Of a stretch of 64,000 nt of DNA, positions 1 to 13,136 are shown one piece after another (the first letter of the stretch is position 1; the number at the start of each line of letters is the position of its first letter). Source of the stretch: Eledone cirrhosa (Eukaryota). Position numbers and translations under genes: made by a program. Under the pieces are notes generated by a model. That model did no database searches. It worked only from the letters and a program-made list of their open reading frames with translations, and had not been told where the DNA came from. Location: assembly GCA_964016885.1 (NCBI GenBank), contig OZ024741.1:30256001-30320000 (forward strand). Direction: 5' to 3'.

Positions 1-214
1 ACACACACACACGCACACACACACATATATATATATATATATAGGGATTGTAACGTCCAGTTACTGTAGGTTCACAGCATTCGATGCGTAGTTTCTAGTA
101 GGTACATTGTCACTGTACTAACTAGAGTGTAATAATAATAATGATAAAAAGAGCGCGATGCTAGATCTTCATTATATTTATTGAGGTGTGATAGATCTTC
201 ATGATATTTATTAA

Positions 215-403
215 GGCGGTGGATTGGCAGTATCGGTAGAGGGTCGGACGCCATGCTTTGACGCAAAGAGTTACGGTATTTTTCATTATGAGTTCAAATC
301 CCGCCGAGGTTAACTTTGCCTTTCATCCTTACGGGGTCGATAAAATAAAGTACCAGTAATACACTGGGTAATTTGCTTGCCTTGTGCCAAAAGTAGAAAC
401 AAT
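215..403 (+). mobile_element. tRNA-derived SINE, family A, full length, with 21-bp target-site duplication
   Basis: A-box-like TGGCAGTATCGG and B-box GAGTTCAAATCCC; body GGGGTCGATAAAATAAAGTACCAGT recurs in several other copies in this window; tail CCTTGTGCC..GAAACAATT; direct repeat ATTATATTTATTGAGGTGTGA at 171-191 and 402-422. Confidence 0.9.
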
Positions 404-1020
404 TATATTTATTGAGGTGTGACGCGCGTTTCGCGATTGATCGGCTCATGGTTCGATTTGTAACTGGAATCAAAAGCTCGTCGGATTTCTGTTATGGTAG
501 TGACAATATTTTACACCAACTATTAGTTAATGAATATCCCGCAACATTCAATCTATTATCATATATATATATGTATGTTTTTACACCGACTCCATATTTA
601 TCAATAACTATTACACAGAAAGTGTTATTTATGTACCAATTCTACTAAGAATAGTACTATATTTGCTTTGCCTTAAATGGAATTTCCGTTCTCAGGAAAA
701 TTCTGTAAATTTATTCTAATTTTGAAGCCACGTGTACATGCAATTTTATAATCTGACGTTGTTGTGCATATTTCATGCGTAACATGAACTGGGAATCAGT
801 GCTGAAACTGAAGCAATTGAATCCCGAAATGCCATTTTAGAAATTAAAATTCCACAAAACATGCACGATTAAAATTATATTCGTCGTTCTATTCAATCTA
901 GAACTGATACATTTCCAAGAGTTTGACGAAGGTTTTGGCACCATTTAATACGTATCAACAGAATATATGCTTTTGACGTCTACAACTAACAACAATTGCA
1001 ATGCACACCATGAAACTAGA

Positions 1021-1270
1021 GAGAAATTGACACACAGGAGACTGAGGTTAGCTGGACATTCTCACCGACATCAAGAGTTGACACTGCACTCAGTGCTCCT
1101 GTGGGAGCCCCTGCATGGACACACTGGAAGAGGAAGACCAAGGTTAACATATGTTGATGGCCTAAGGGCAGACACTGGGGTGTTGGAGACGCAGGACATG
1201 GCAGCAATAATGAGGGACAGAGACCGCTGGAGAGAACTCGTCTATGGATCTCGGGAATTTTACCCGCCCT
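1021..1270 (+). mobile_element. RTE-clade LINE 3' fragment
   Basis: Translation RRLRLAGH...LLWEP..GRGRPRLTYVDGL..MRDRDRWRELV is typical of the RTE ORF C-terminus. Confidence 0.8.
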
Positions 1271-1687
1271 ATATATATATGTATATAATGTGTGTGTGTG
1301 TGGTTCAGGTATATGTTTGAAATCAGCAAGAAGATTAGTAAGAAACATTACATAGCAATGCTTCTATCAACGGAGCAAACAGTTTGATTACAAAAGTGTT
1401 CTGTGAATCTGTACTATAAATTCATCAACGTTGCATAATTTGACATAATACGAAGTCTTAAAGATATGAAGCGACAAGGCAAAGTTCACACGCTCTAATA
1501 CAAATTCAGATACACAGACACATACTAAAGAAATGGGAGTTACGTTTCTATATATTTAATGAGATATATATTTCCGAAAAGTATAAATGTACTTATTCAC
1601 ATAATTTCAGATATCAACATAAATACAGATTACTTATACATACATACACACAACCATATTCACACGCACCCCCCCCCACACACACAC

Positions 1688-1843
1688 ACAATTACACACA
1701 CAAAAACATATATATATATGTATATATATATATATACATATATGTATGTATACATATTTACATAAATATATATATGTATTTAGATATATATACATACACA
1801 CACACAAATATATATTTATATATATATATATATAAACACACAC

Positions 1844-1895
<52 letters not shown>

Positions 1896-1970
1896 GTGTG
1901 TGTGTGTAAGTATATATATCTAAATACATATATATATTTATGTAAATATGTATACATACATATATGTATA

Positions 1971-2001
<31 letters not shown>

Positions 2002-2027
2002 GTTTTTTTGTGTGTGTGTGTAATTGT
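1688..2027. repeat. Inverted duplication (arms ~1688-1810 and ~1890-2027) centred on (TA)n
   Basis: The irregular microsatellite string CAATTACACAC..ATGTATACATATTTACATAAATAT..GTATTTAGATAT is reproduced in reverse complement. Confidence 0.85.
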
Positions 2028-2200
2028 AAGTGTTTTTCATATGTAAGTATGTGTTAACATCTGTGCGCCTTATAGATCAATTCTACGTCTGCATGTGTCT
2101 ACACTATTGGATACATGGAATTATATATATGTAAATAGTGAGCGGGAGAAGTAAAACGTGGTGAGGGCCCCCGGCTCCTGGATTCCATTCTCTTATTATT

Positions 2201-2400
2201 TCGTTCCACATTGTAACAGACATATCCTCAGGTTAAATATTTACCTCCTTTATACCCTCAAACTATGTCGTTCCACGTTGTAACAGACATATCCTCAGGT
2301 TAAATATTTACCTCCTTTATACCCTCAAACTATGTCGTTCCACGTTGTAACAGACATATCCTCAGGTTAAATATTTACCTCCTTTATACCCTCAAACTAT
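2201..2400. repeat. Tandem repeat, 3 x 67 bp
   Basis: TCGTTCCAC..TGTAACAGACATATCCTCAGG..CTCAAACTAT starts at 2201, 2268 and 2335; copies nearly identical. Confidence 0.95.
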
Positions 2401-2702
2401 TGAGATACGAGAACGCCGCGTAGCTGTTTATAGCGGGAATGAGCGGTTATTCGTCTATGTATTTCTATAGGAGAGAATAGAGAGAAATATTGAGAGAGGG
2501 AGAGGGAGATAGATAGGTAGATGGATAGAGAGGGGAGAGAGAGAGGGGAGAGAGAGAGGGAGAGAGAGAGAGAGAGAGAATGTGTGGTTAGATAAAGAGG
2601 GAAAGACAACCTCTGGAAAAGAATCATGTTTCTACGTATCTACGTTCATGTTTTATCTGTGCATATATGTGTATATATGTGTATATATATATATACACAT
2701 AT

Positions 2703-2797
2703 ATTACTACTACTACTACTATAATGAATCCTGACGAATAATAAACCATTGGATGCACCTCTTGGCCTTGTGGATACCGTGATCATTGTTGATATAC

Positions 2798-2886
<89 letters not shown>

Positions 2887-3118
2887 GATTCAGCAAGAAT
2901 CGAATTTCGGCGGGCAGGGAAATCGAAGCGAAAGGCAAAAATCAGAAATGATACTGGCAAAGTGGTCAATAGTTAAAAACCAGAGCTAAACAATGTGTTA
3001 AGAAGCCATACAAAACTGAAAAGGTGGTCAAGAAGGCATTAACCACCCAGCCAAAAACCAAATCAAGCTAAACAGGTCAAAACAGAATAAATCGTAAAAA
3101 ATAAATGATAACCTTATA

Positions 3119-3208
<90 letters not shown>

Positions 3209-3345
3209 CACACACACACCCACTCACACACACATATATATACATATATATATATATATAAATCAACAATGATCACGGTATCCACAAGGCCAAGGGGTGC
3301 ATTCAATGGTTTATTATTCGTCGGGATCCATTATAGTAGTAGTAG
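2703..3345. repeat. ~90-bp inverted repeats (2703-2795 and 3262-3345) enclosing (TA)n tracts and a dispersed repeat
   Basis: GACGAATAATAAACCATTG..GGCCTTGTGGATACCGTGATCATTGTTGAT and its reverse complement. Confidence 0.85.
2888..3100. repeat. Dispersed repeat, same family as 44611-45583, embedded in (TA)n
   Basis: Shared strings AGAGCTAAACAAT, GTGGTCAAGAAGGCATTAA and AAATCAAGCTAAACAGG. Confidence 0.8.
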
Positions 3346-3351
3346 TAGTGT

Positions 3352-3399
<48 letters not shown>

Positions 3400-3617
3400 C
3401 AGTAGTAGCAGTAGTAGTAGTAGCAGTAGTAGTAGCAGCAACAGCAGCAGATATACATGCTCTTGTGATGAATGGAATCGAACGGCAACACCGTATTATT
3501 GAAGTGTTTGAAGATAGAAGCTAAGGCATGAAGGAACATATGAAATAGTGAAGACGTGAATTACATGAAATAACACCACGAAATAATACAGCAAATGATA
3601 AAACATCAGTAGTAGTC

Positions 3618-5180
3618 GTGCAACTGGCAGCAGAACGGGAGTATTCGCAGTTCTGTCAGCCAGGGCGTAGTGACGCTGATCGGGAAAGACGAAAACAAAG
3701 GGACACTTTAGATGACCTCAAGTCCACAACTCTGCTGAACACAGAGTTTAAGATTTTTCCCAAGGTGTTAACGAAGAAGTTGGTGCTTGTCGTCGAGGAT
3801 TTGTTTGGGGAAGCCCAAACCTGCACAATCCCGACCAGGTCCGTAGAAGGCAACCTCCACCTCATGCAATACATCATAGAGAGTGTAGGGTGCAAACCTG
3901 GGTTTGGTGGGGCTCTGATAAATTTAGATCATTAGAAAGGTGTCGATAGGGTTGACCACCGAAACCTCGAAGCTATCCTCAAGGCATCTGGCTTCAGTAC
4001 CATCTTCAGAGTCTGGATCGCTGCAATGCGTAGTTGCATTTGCTGGGTGGTCAAAGTTAATGGCAACTTTCGGAACAGTTTCAGATGTTCAGATCGGTCC
4101 GTTAGGGGTGCCCTCTCTCTTCCCTTCTGTACGTATTGACTCTTTATTGCGGAAGCTGGAGCTGTTGCAGGGTATTCCGCTCGAACTAGGGCGCTGAAAT
4201 CCTGTGTCGGATTATGCAGACGACATCACTGTGTAGGTGTCGGACACCTCGGAAATCGAGGTGGTCGGTCCCTTATTGAAGGAATATGAAAAGTTGACTG
4301 GAGCAAAACGTATCCCGGAAAAGTCTATGGGCTTGCAGCTCGGCATCTGGAGAGGCAAGTCCATGCTCTCCAACGACGTCGTTGGGTGCTGGACGGACGG
4401 CCGGAAAAGTTGCTTGGGGTTTGGTTCGGACCAGACGTCTAGGTAGATCTGAATTGAGACGAGGTGACGGGCAGGGTAGCCAGTCTCACCCAGAAATGGG
4501 CTGCGAGGAAGCTATTACTGAAAGGTCGGATGGAGGTGGCGAACGCGTACATCGCCTCCATCATCCCCTACCACCTGATTGTCGTGCCTTGCACCCGAGC
4601 GCCACTCCAAAAGGGAACGGTTCCTCTTCAACCTCTTGTGGAGGGGACAGGTTCTGTTGTTGAGGCAGTCCGTCTGCTGCCAACTCCCTCTTCGCTGAGG
4701 GCTGGGCATCCCGTGGCTAATGATGCGCAAAGAGGCGTTGATGCTGCGGCATCTGCAGATGTTCTGCCTAAACGGTGAACTGGTGTGGTTGCCGTTTATC
4801 AGACGGGCCTTTCTGCAGTTCGTCCCTTTGACGGAGCTGCAGTCCCGTGTCAAGAAGAGATCGAGCCTGGGCACCTTGCATCTGAAATGTTGCCAGGCAC
4901 TAAATTATCTCTACCAGGCGGCCAATGCTGTCAGTTAAACTTCTACTCTCGAGTTCTATAGAGGATTAGTGGTGGGCAAGTGCGACGACGCACTCGGATA
5001 GGCTTTGGGCGTCGACGAAGTCGAACCAACCAGTCTGTTCCGGAGGACTTTCGAGCCGAGCACGATGGATAATTTCCAGTAATCACTCGCTTGACAGTGG
5101 TATTGGAGGGGGCGGGTACTACCGGTTCGAGATAAATTTCTACAGGCACGGAATTGCTATCAGACTCACCTACCCGAGGG
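3618..5180 (+). mobile_element. Degenerate L1/Tx1-type LINE fragment (RT and C-terminal ORF2)
   Basis: CNWQQNGSI, TLLNTEFKI, GALINLD, YADD-like (4214-4225) and LKGRMEVANAYIAS motifs, homologous to ORF2 at 29592-33003; many frameshifts. Confidence 0.9.
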
Positions 5181-6250
5181 TAATTCGTATCCTGCCTTCG
5201 CTCTTCGCAATACGAGGGACGAAATTATGAGGGTGAGGGCAAACTATGAAGGAGACACACTAACTCCTTGGAAGATACCTCTCTTGATGTTCACTCTTAC
5301 CAAGGATTCTCCCTCTTCTTAATAGTACTCTGATGTCCGCTAACCTGAAGATTTCTATACACTTGGTTATGAGGAACAAAAGTCGGATGCCTTATTGTAA
5401 TCTATCCATCCCATAGCAATAGCGGTTCTCTTCTCTTGCAATTCCTTATTATCGTCTTGTCCATAAGTAACTGGTCCTTTGTACCACGGGAGCTCTTTCT
5501 GTTTCTCGGGAAATAAGTTGTTTATGTCGTGGTGGTGGAGGATCTCCTCAGACATAATGCTTTTTAGTAATTATCACATTTCTCTTGGCTTTCTTTTTCA
5601 TTATTAGAACCGTGGTATCTTTTGTCAAGCACTGCAGTTCTTCACCCGACATCAAGGAGGCATTGAACATGGCTGCCAGCATCGGGTAGAGAGACGTTAT
5701 ATTCTTAGTTTAATATCTTTGCACACTGTCCACAACCTAGTAATTTCCAGCTGGTTAATTCATTGGTTTGCTTTTCAGGGTTTCAAACCGAGATTATCAA
5801 ATCTGGGTGTTGCTGGGATTGTTCATTAATCTCGCTTTTAACTCTCCCAATCCACTCTGCTCGACTATTAAGCTCAATATCCTGCCCCCAAATCCTCTCC
5901 AAAATCTGTTGGGATGTTCAACGTCAGGAACAACATCGTTGTGGCTTTCCTTCCCTTTTAGCTATTCAGGTAATGACATAATAACTGGTAGTTGTCGAAC
6001 ATGTGGTTTTGTCTATATTGGCTAACTCTGTTCACTTTTAGTTATGAGACGTTGTTTTAGTTCCTCTATTAACTTTTGCTATTTTCTCTTGGTGTTTTAT
6101 TTCCTTGCCAAGCTATCCTTGGTATCTACGTTTTGTAATTTCCCGTTTAATAAGGACTCAAGTTTCCCGACGTCCTCTCTTATTTACTTGATTTGACAAT
6201 TCAACCGCTTCAATAACAACCTTCTGTCCTTTCTCGTCTGTTTTCCCTCA
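5181..6250 (-). mobile_element. Degenerate R4/Dong-type LINE fragment (N-terminal RT region)
   Basis: AMGWIDYNKASD (WIDYKKAxD motif) and IEELKQRL-like stretch on the minus strand; similar to 34978-36084. Confidence 0.65.
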
Positions 6251-6251
6251 C

Positions 6252-6398
6252 CTTCATAGCAAGAAATATTTTTCTTTACAATGGCTCTTCCAGCGCGTCC
6301 TCCGGGAAAACGCCTTCTCCATTCTCTCCGCCGGGGCTGTGGGGAGGCCATCAATATGATTGACTGACTTGACATAGAGTAGAAACAGAAGACATTGG
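6252..6398 (-). CDS. Candidate internal exon, 147 nt, symmetric phase 1, unknown product
   Basis: Acceptor GTTCTTTCAG, donor AAG|GTGAGG, one open frame NVFCFYSMSSQ..KKNISCYE; no recognisable homology; abuts a LINE fragment and could be part of it. Confidence 0.2.
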
Positions 6399-7045
6399 CT
6401 GAAAGAACACTAAACAATCTAGTTCTTCCATGAAAATATACATATGTATGTTATTATATTTTAACTTAGTACACACACACACACGCACATATATATATAT
6501 ATGTGTGTAAGTGTGTATGTATGTATATAGTCATGAATGCGTGTGTAAAATTCCCGATATACACGAAAATGAAAAACATGTCATGTTTCATTCGAATCAC
6601 ATCATTAATTTCTTTACATATTGCACTTTACTCATTTTTCAAAGGTCGCTTTCAGAGTGGCTTCTTCCTAAATATACACGTTTAAATTTCTGTAACTGTT
6701 GAAATTTTGGAAGTAATTTGATTCATTATCAATTGGACGAAAGTATACATTGGTATGTGTAACTATGTTACCAGTGTAAGTATTGGTGATCTAGATACTA
6801 AACCTACATCTAGTATCATCTAGTTATGTATTGCTATGATTATTATATACATTGTGAGTATCAGAAATACACATATATTATACTATGAAAAACAATACAC
6901 TAATAAACAGATTTTTAAAAATTATTTTATTGGCCGTTATAATATATATAATAAATAACACTACATCTAAACATACAATAATACACACAACCTACACACA
7001 CAAGACATTTCTTTTTTATAAATCATATTACAACATCACGCTCAA

Positions 7046-7520
7046 CAGACATACAGGCACAAACACATACAGACACAAACACATACAGACACAAACACAT
7101 ACAGACACAAACACATACAGACACAAACATATACAGACACAAACACATATAGACACGCACACATACAGACACAAACATATACAGACACAAACACATACAG
7201 ACACAAACACATACAGACACAAACACATATAGACACAAACACATACAGACACAAACACATACAGACACAAACACATACAGACACAAACAATTACAGACAA
7301 AAACATATACAGACACAAACACATACAGACACAAACACATACAGACACAAACACATACAGACACAAAGACATACAGACACAAACACATACAGACACAAAC
7401 ACATATAGACACAAAGACATACAGACACAAACACATGCAGACACAAACACATACAGACACAAACACATACAGACACAAAGACATACAGACACAAACACAT
7501 ACAGACACAAACACATACAT
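7046..7520. repeat. Minisatellite, 16-bp unit ACAGACACAAACACAT, ~29 copies
   Basis: Direct reading; explains the CVCVCMCLCLYVFVS ORFs. Confidence 0.95.
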
Positions 7521-7832
7521 ACACAACTAAAGTCAGCTACTCAATCAAACACATCAGTGTACCTATACGATATAGATTTGTACATCATGTAAGATAAGTT
7601 GTATTCACACATTTACTGTTATATATATATATATACACATACATACTCACACATACGCAAACACACATACACACACAAACACACACACACATGAAAACAT
7701 ACCTTCACACACTCACCCCACACACAAACACCTCCCACACAAATATATATATATACATGCATATATATATATATATGAATATATGTATATTTATATATAT
7801 ACATACATACATATATATAAACATACATACAT

Positions 7833-7911
<79 letters not shown>

Positions 7912-7950
7912 TATACATATATATGTGTGTGTCTCTATATATATATATAG

Positions 7951-7985
<35 letters not shown>

Positions 7986-8983
7986 AACACATATATATAT
8001 ATATATATATTGGATTTAATGTTGCTGGTGTTCTTTATATCAGTAGCTGAAGAAATGTTTGAGAGGTTGTTTGTTTAATTTCTCTTTCGTCGAGCGGATT
8101 TTTAATATCCGTGGTAATTGATAGCATTTCTAAAGGGTTTTAAGCTTATATGGGAAGAAAGGTAAATATCAGGAACAGAAGTGAGAAAAAATGTTCAGAG
8201 TGGTAAAAAGACCCTTAATATAAGAGAACGTACCAGAGAAGAAAATTAGAAAAAGGGGTATGTTGTTGTGATTGAAAAAATATATATAATGACTCAAAGT
8301 AAAAAAAAAACAACAAAAAAACCCCCACTAAAAATAATAAAAAAATTCGAAAATTTAACAAAAAATATAGGAATAAAAGTGTGCAGGAAGAAACGAAAGA
8401 TCGAAGGGGAAAGTGAATAAGGAATGGATCTTAAAGAAAATCATGGATGTGCGAATGAAGGAAATGTAACGACGTATAAATAAAAGAAAGCAGAAAACAG
8501 TAAGAAAAAACAAACAAACTGTTTTCTATTTCGAGAGTTTGATGAAAAACGCGAATAAAGTATAAGGAATGAAAATGGCGGACAAATTAAGAAATAAGAA
8601 TGGGATGAAAAAAAAAAATATCCGAAAGCCAAGGAGAAGGAATTAATAACTGAATGAAAAGCAATATGCAAATGAAACGAAGGAAAAAAAAACTTGAGTC
8701 AGGAGGGATAAGAAAAAAAGACATAAAATACATCTGGTGTTCATTGATTTTGGACGTGGTCGGCGAACATATTACATGTTTACCATTAGCTTTCTCAATT
8801 CTCCCTCCTATCTTCTCTCCCCGTGGTTCATCTATATAGGAATTAATGTGAATCTCTTTCTGTTCTGTTTATATATGGATACACATGTGTGTGAGCGTAT
8901 AATTAATCTGTGTTCTGTGTGATGATTTTCATAAGAAGCATATCTGTGAAAACATGCATGAATGTATATATACACACACACAC

Positions 8984-9099
<116 letters not shown>

Positions 9100-9178
9100 C
9101 TCTCTTAAGTGTTCCAGCTGACAGGTTGAGGCCATACTGGGGCTCCGCCATTGAGTATATATATATATATATATATAC

Positions 9179-9270
<92 letters not shown>

Positions 9271-10329
9271 GTACTACACTGGAAGGTAATATCCGTAGTG
9301 ATAGAGCCCTCAGTCCATGGGACGAGTTAGGTATATATATAGAGAGAGAGAGAGAGGGAGAGAGAGATAGGTATACGTTCATATATGTATATATATATGC
9401 GTATACACCTATGAAGAGACGATTTAGAAATCACTGTAATGGATAGGAGAATTGAACATAGTCGGAACAATTATGACATCTCTCTGTATTTCTATATAAT
9501 ATTTCTCATTCATGTACATTCTCGTCTGGATGTACATATGTGTGAGATAAAGATTGTGTGCCTGTGTGTGGTGCGTATATATATGTAGTCTGAGCAATTT
9601 ATATATAAATATATATGAATGAACAATAAATATTTTCAAATGTATAATATATATGAATATATATATTACAGCATTATTAACTTCAACCCCAGTTATATTA
9701 TCAATTCTTGGTATATCATATGAATCTGTTGTATTGGTTTGCTGAAAATATGGACAATATAGCCACGGTCACTTGTATTTTAGCAATGTATAGCAGATAT
9801 TACACAATAATTCTAACATCCAACATCTGCTTACTGCAATAGAGGACATTGATAGTAGTCGATCGGGAGCCAGATAACATACTAATAAAACACACTTACG
9901 AATGACTTACATTGATTTATTACACACTATGTTGCTAAAAATAATAACTAAATTTCTCTCCAATTATATTATAGTAAATAACATCGTTCTATGTATAAGG
10001 CTTTACGAGAGAAGGACGAGATGATCATAGCTTGATATTTTTATTTTTCTCATAGATATATTTTATCAGGTTTGATCTAGGATGAAAAAGGTAAGAGAGC
10101 ATTTGTAAATGATATTTATTAACCTTCTAACTTGAAACATCCTTAAAAACAATGGGCTGACTAATTAATGAAGTCTTGATATATAATGCTCGAATGAAGG
10201 ACGAGATTACAATGATTGGAATGCTATATTGCATTTAATTAGGTCAGACCTGAGAAAAATACATTACAGGTTAAAAGAAAACACACACATATATATATAT
10301 ATATGTGTGTGTATATTTTTTGTCTTCGC

Positions 10330-10790
10330 TAACGTACTGCTTATCAGACATGCATTGCAGAGGGTCGTATAGCATACAACCATTTCTACATAATCCGGCT
10401 GAATCGAGAGCTACTACTTCTCCTCCTGTGGGCTTTGTAGGTAAATATGCTCAGCATTTCTTTGACGTGATTACCGCAGTTAACATAACCCGAGTTGTGA
10501 TCTTTGGACGAGGAGAAGTAGTGACTCTAGCTGTTGTAATTATCTGTTGTCCGAGTTACGTGCCCTCTCGGGTAACGTTACTCTACAAACCAATCAGTGG
10601 AACCCTATTTTGGTTGCACGTATTCGCGATCGTAAACTTTCCGCCATGACACAAGACAGCTGACCATAGGTAAGGTAAAGCACGAATTCCGAAGTGAAGA
10701 TTGCGAATTTGGCTTTTACACTTACATCCTTTCTGATGATGACGGAACGCTGACGAGGGCGCATTCCTGTATCAGCTCCATCGATCTTTC
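10330..10790 (+). promoter_or_regulatory. CpG-enriched candidate promoter and short first exon
   Basis: Local CpG excess; CCAAT at 10590-10594, TTCGCGA at 10623, CCGCCATG at 10641, donor AG|GTAAG at 10670. Confidence 0.3.
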
Positions 10791-11168
10791 ATTTAATTTT
10801 GCCTCCAAATTTCCAATACACGTGGAAACTGCCCAAGACACCCAACATTCTCCAACTGATTCAATGTAATTCCACTGATATTCAAATTGTACTGCGCATC
10901 TTACAATTTCTCATTTTTAGGCTTTTAACATCTGGATCGAAATGTCCCCTTCTCTACACATTTGTATTTGAGACTCTTTTTAAAAACAAAAACCATTATT
11001 TACTGTATACCGCCTTATGTTTAAATTACGCCATATGTATATATCAATAATTTGTTTTCTCCCGTAAATAAATATTACACTAAATATGCAATGTTTCTAG
11101 TTCTCTAATAAGCCAAACACCTCTTCCTTTTTACTTTATATTTCAGAGTTGAGCCGCATAAATTTGTG

Positions 11169-11320
11169 AAGACGCATGGCTTAGTGGTTAGAGCATTGGA
11201 CTTGCAATTGAAAGGTTGTGAGTTCAATTCTCGGACAGGGGGATGTGTTGTTTCCTTGTGCAAGTTACTTTATTTCACGTTGCATCAGTTTACTCAGCTG
11301 TAGAAATGCGACACCTCCAA
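11169..11320 (+). mobile_element. tRNA-derived SINE, family B, 3'-truncated
   Basis: A box TGGCTTAGTGG, B box GAGTTCAATTC; body TTTCACGTTGC shared with the copies at 23698 and 52247. Confidence 0.8.
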
Positions 11321-11669
11321 CGATATATACCTTGAAGGAGGCCAGCTAAACCTACATAGGTGTGAGCTGTCACACATACATTTAACATGTAACTAAGTCT
11401 TTTTAATGCATTTCATGACCGTTTATAAATCTGTATAGGGTTCTTTACTTTAATTTATCTAATACTTTATAGTAATTTGTATTTACGACAATACACATTT
11501 ATAGCGTAATTCACTATCATTCTACACATATGACTAAATTTCTAACTGATTACGGTGGTGTCTTTTTAGATTTATTTTCAGAGACAAAGTAATAAATGAT
11601 AACACCGTTGTGTACTTTCATTGGTTGCACAACATACCAGAATTAACGTCATACAAATGACAGATATGC

Positions 11670-11790
11670 ATGGGAAGCCGGCATATATCTCTCTCAAAGG
11701 CAGATGTCGCCAGCTTATGTCCTGAATGCGTCGAAACAGGCGAGTGTAAATGCCATCAAGGTGCTTTTGTTGTTTGGATGAAAGCGTCCA
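11670..11790 (-). mobile_element. RTE-clade LINE fragment
   Basis: WTLSSKQQKHLDGIYTRLFRRIQDISWRH resembles the RTE post-RT motif WTL..LDG.YTRMLR..NISW. Confidence 0.65.
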
Positions 11791-12504
11791 AATATATATA
11801 TATATTGGAAAATGTTTGACAATTGCCACCAACGAATGCGAGAAAGTTCTCCAGGAAGGTTAACTAGGAAACTTTTAAAAAATCTCCCCATCGAAGTTAA
11901 CAAAGAACTTACTAGATCTACAAAATCAAAAACTGTAAAATTATAATGTTTCTTAAATCATTCTTTCTCTAGGACAGAAGAATAGTTTTAAATATAAGTA
12001 TACATTTAATATTCCTAACCAATATAAACTATATTTTAAATCTGATTTTATTTATAACCAATCGTTTGTTGGCGAAAAAAAAAAAAGCCAAGACTTTTAT
12101 ACACAATTAATCAACAACTTTGCATGTGCCACTCTGGAAAAAAATAACATTCTTCTTTTTTAAAAAATCTGTTAAAAAAACTTTTCACTTCTTGTTGCTG
12201 AGAAAATTCAAGCTTATATAGAAGAAATAAGTAACCGCTTTCTTTGTGCCGCCCCTGAGATAAAATAACTTTCTCTGTATTTCTTTAAAAACCATTTAAA
12301 AACACCTCTTCAATTCCTTTACATTATTGACTATGATTCTTGTATTTCTATGATTCTTGTATATCTTTGGGTCTCTCGTCATCCAAATCGTAAATTAATG
12401 CCCTACGACGATTTTGTATTATATGGTAATCTGGAAATGCGTGTAGACATTAATAAAATGATTTGAAATACATCTTTGGTTGACAATTGATTAAATAAAA
12501 CCAT

Positions 12505-12536
12505 TTTATATATATATGTATATATATATATATATG

Positions 12537-12614
<78 letters not shown>

Positions 12615-12641
12615 TATATAAAATATATATATATATATAAT

Positions 12642-12715
<74 letters not shown>

Positions 12716-12761
12716 ATATATATATAATATATATATATATATATAATATATATATACATAT

Positions 12762-12805
<44 letters not shown>

Positions 12806-12832
12806 TATATAAAATATATATATATATATAAT

Positions 12833-12902
<70 letters not shown>

Positions 12903-12948
12903 ATATATATATAATATATATATATATATATAATATATATATACATAT

Positions 12949-12998
<50 letters not shown>
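12505..12998. repeat. Compound (TA)n tract with a ~187-bp internal tandem duplication
   Basis: The same interruption pattern recurs with a 187-bp offset (ORFs ending at 12759 and 12946 start identically). Confidence 0.75.
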
Positions 12999-13001
<3 letters not shown>

Positions 13002-13064
13002 TATGTATACGTACATACATATATGTGTAAAGACGTACAGTAATATATATATATATACATACAT

Positions 13065-13136
<72 letters not shown>

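Noticed and set aside
2201-2400. CRISPR-like array
   Set aside because: Pure tandem repeat with no unique spacers; eukaryotic context and no cas genes
9740-10270. Old degenerate interspersed repeat, with probable relatives near 46760 and 59795-60070
   Set aside because: Too decayed to define boundaries or class by eye
11169-11245. tRNA gene (also the heads of other SINEs)
   Set aside because: A and B boxes are present but no intact cloverleaf is evident, and it continues into a SINE body
11830-12430. Minus-strand exon-like pieces (FDFVDLVSSLL..; YHIIQNRRRALIYDLDD..) and 6628-6669 (EEATLKATFEK*)
   Set aside because: Weak or absent donors, in-frame stops, phases that do not chain convincingly, and no recognisable homology
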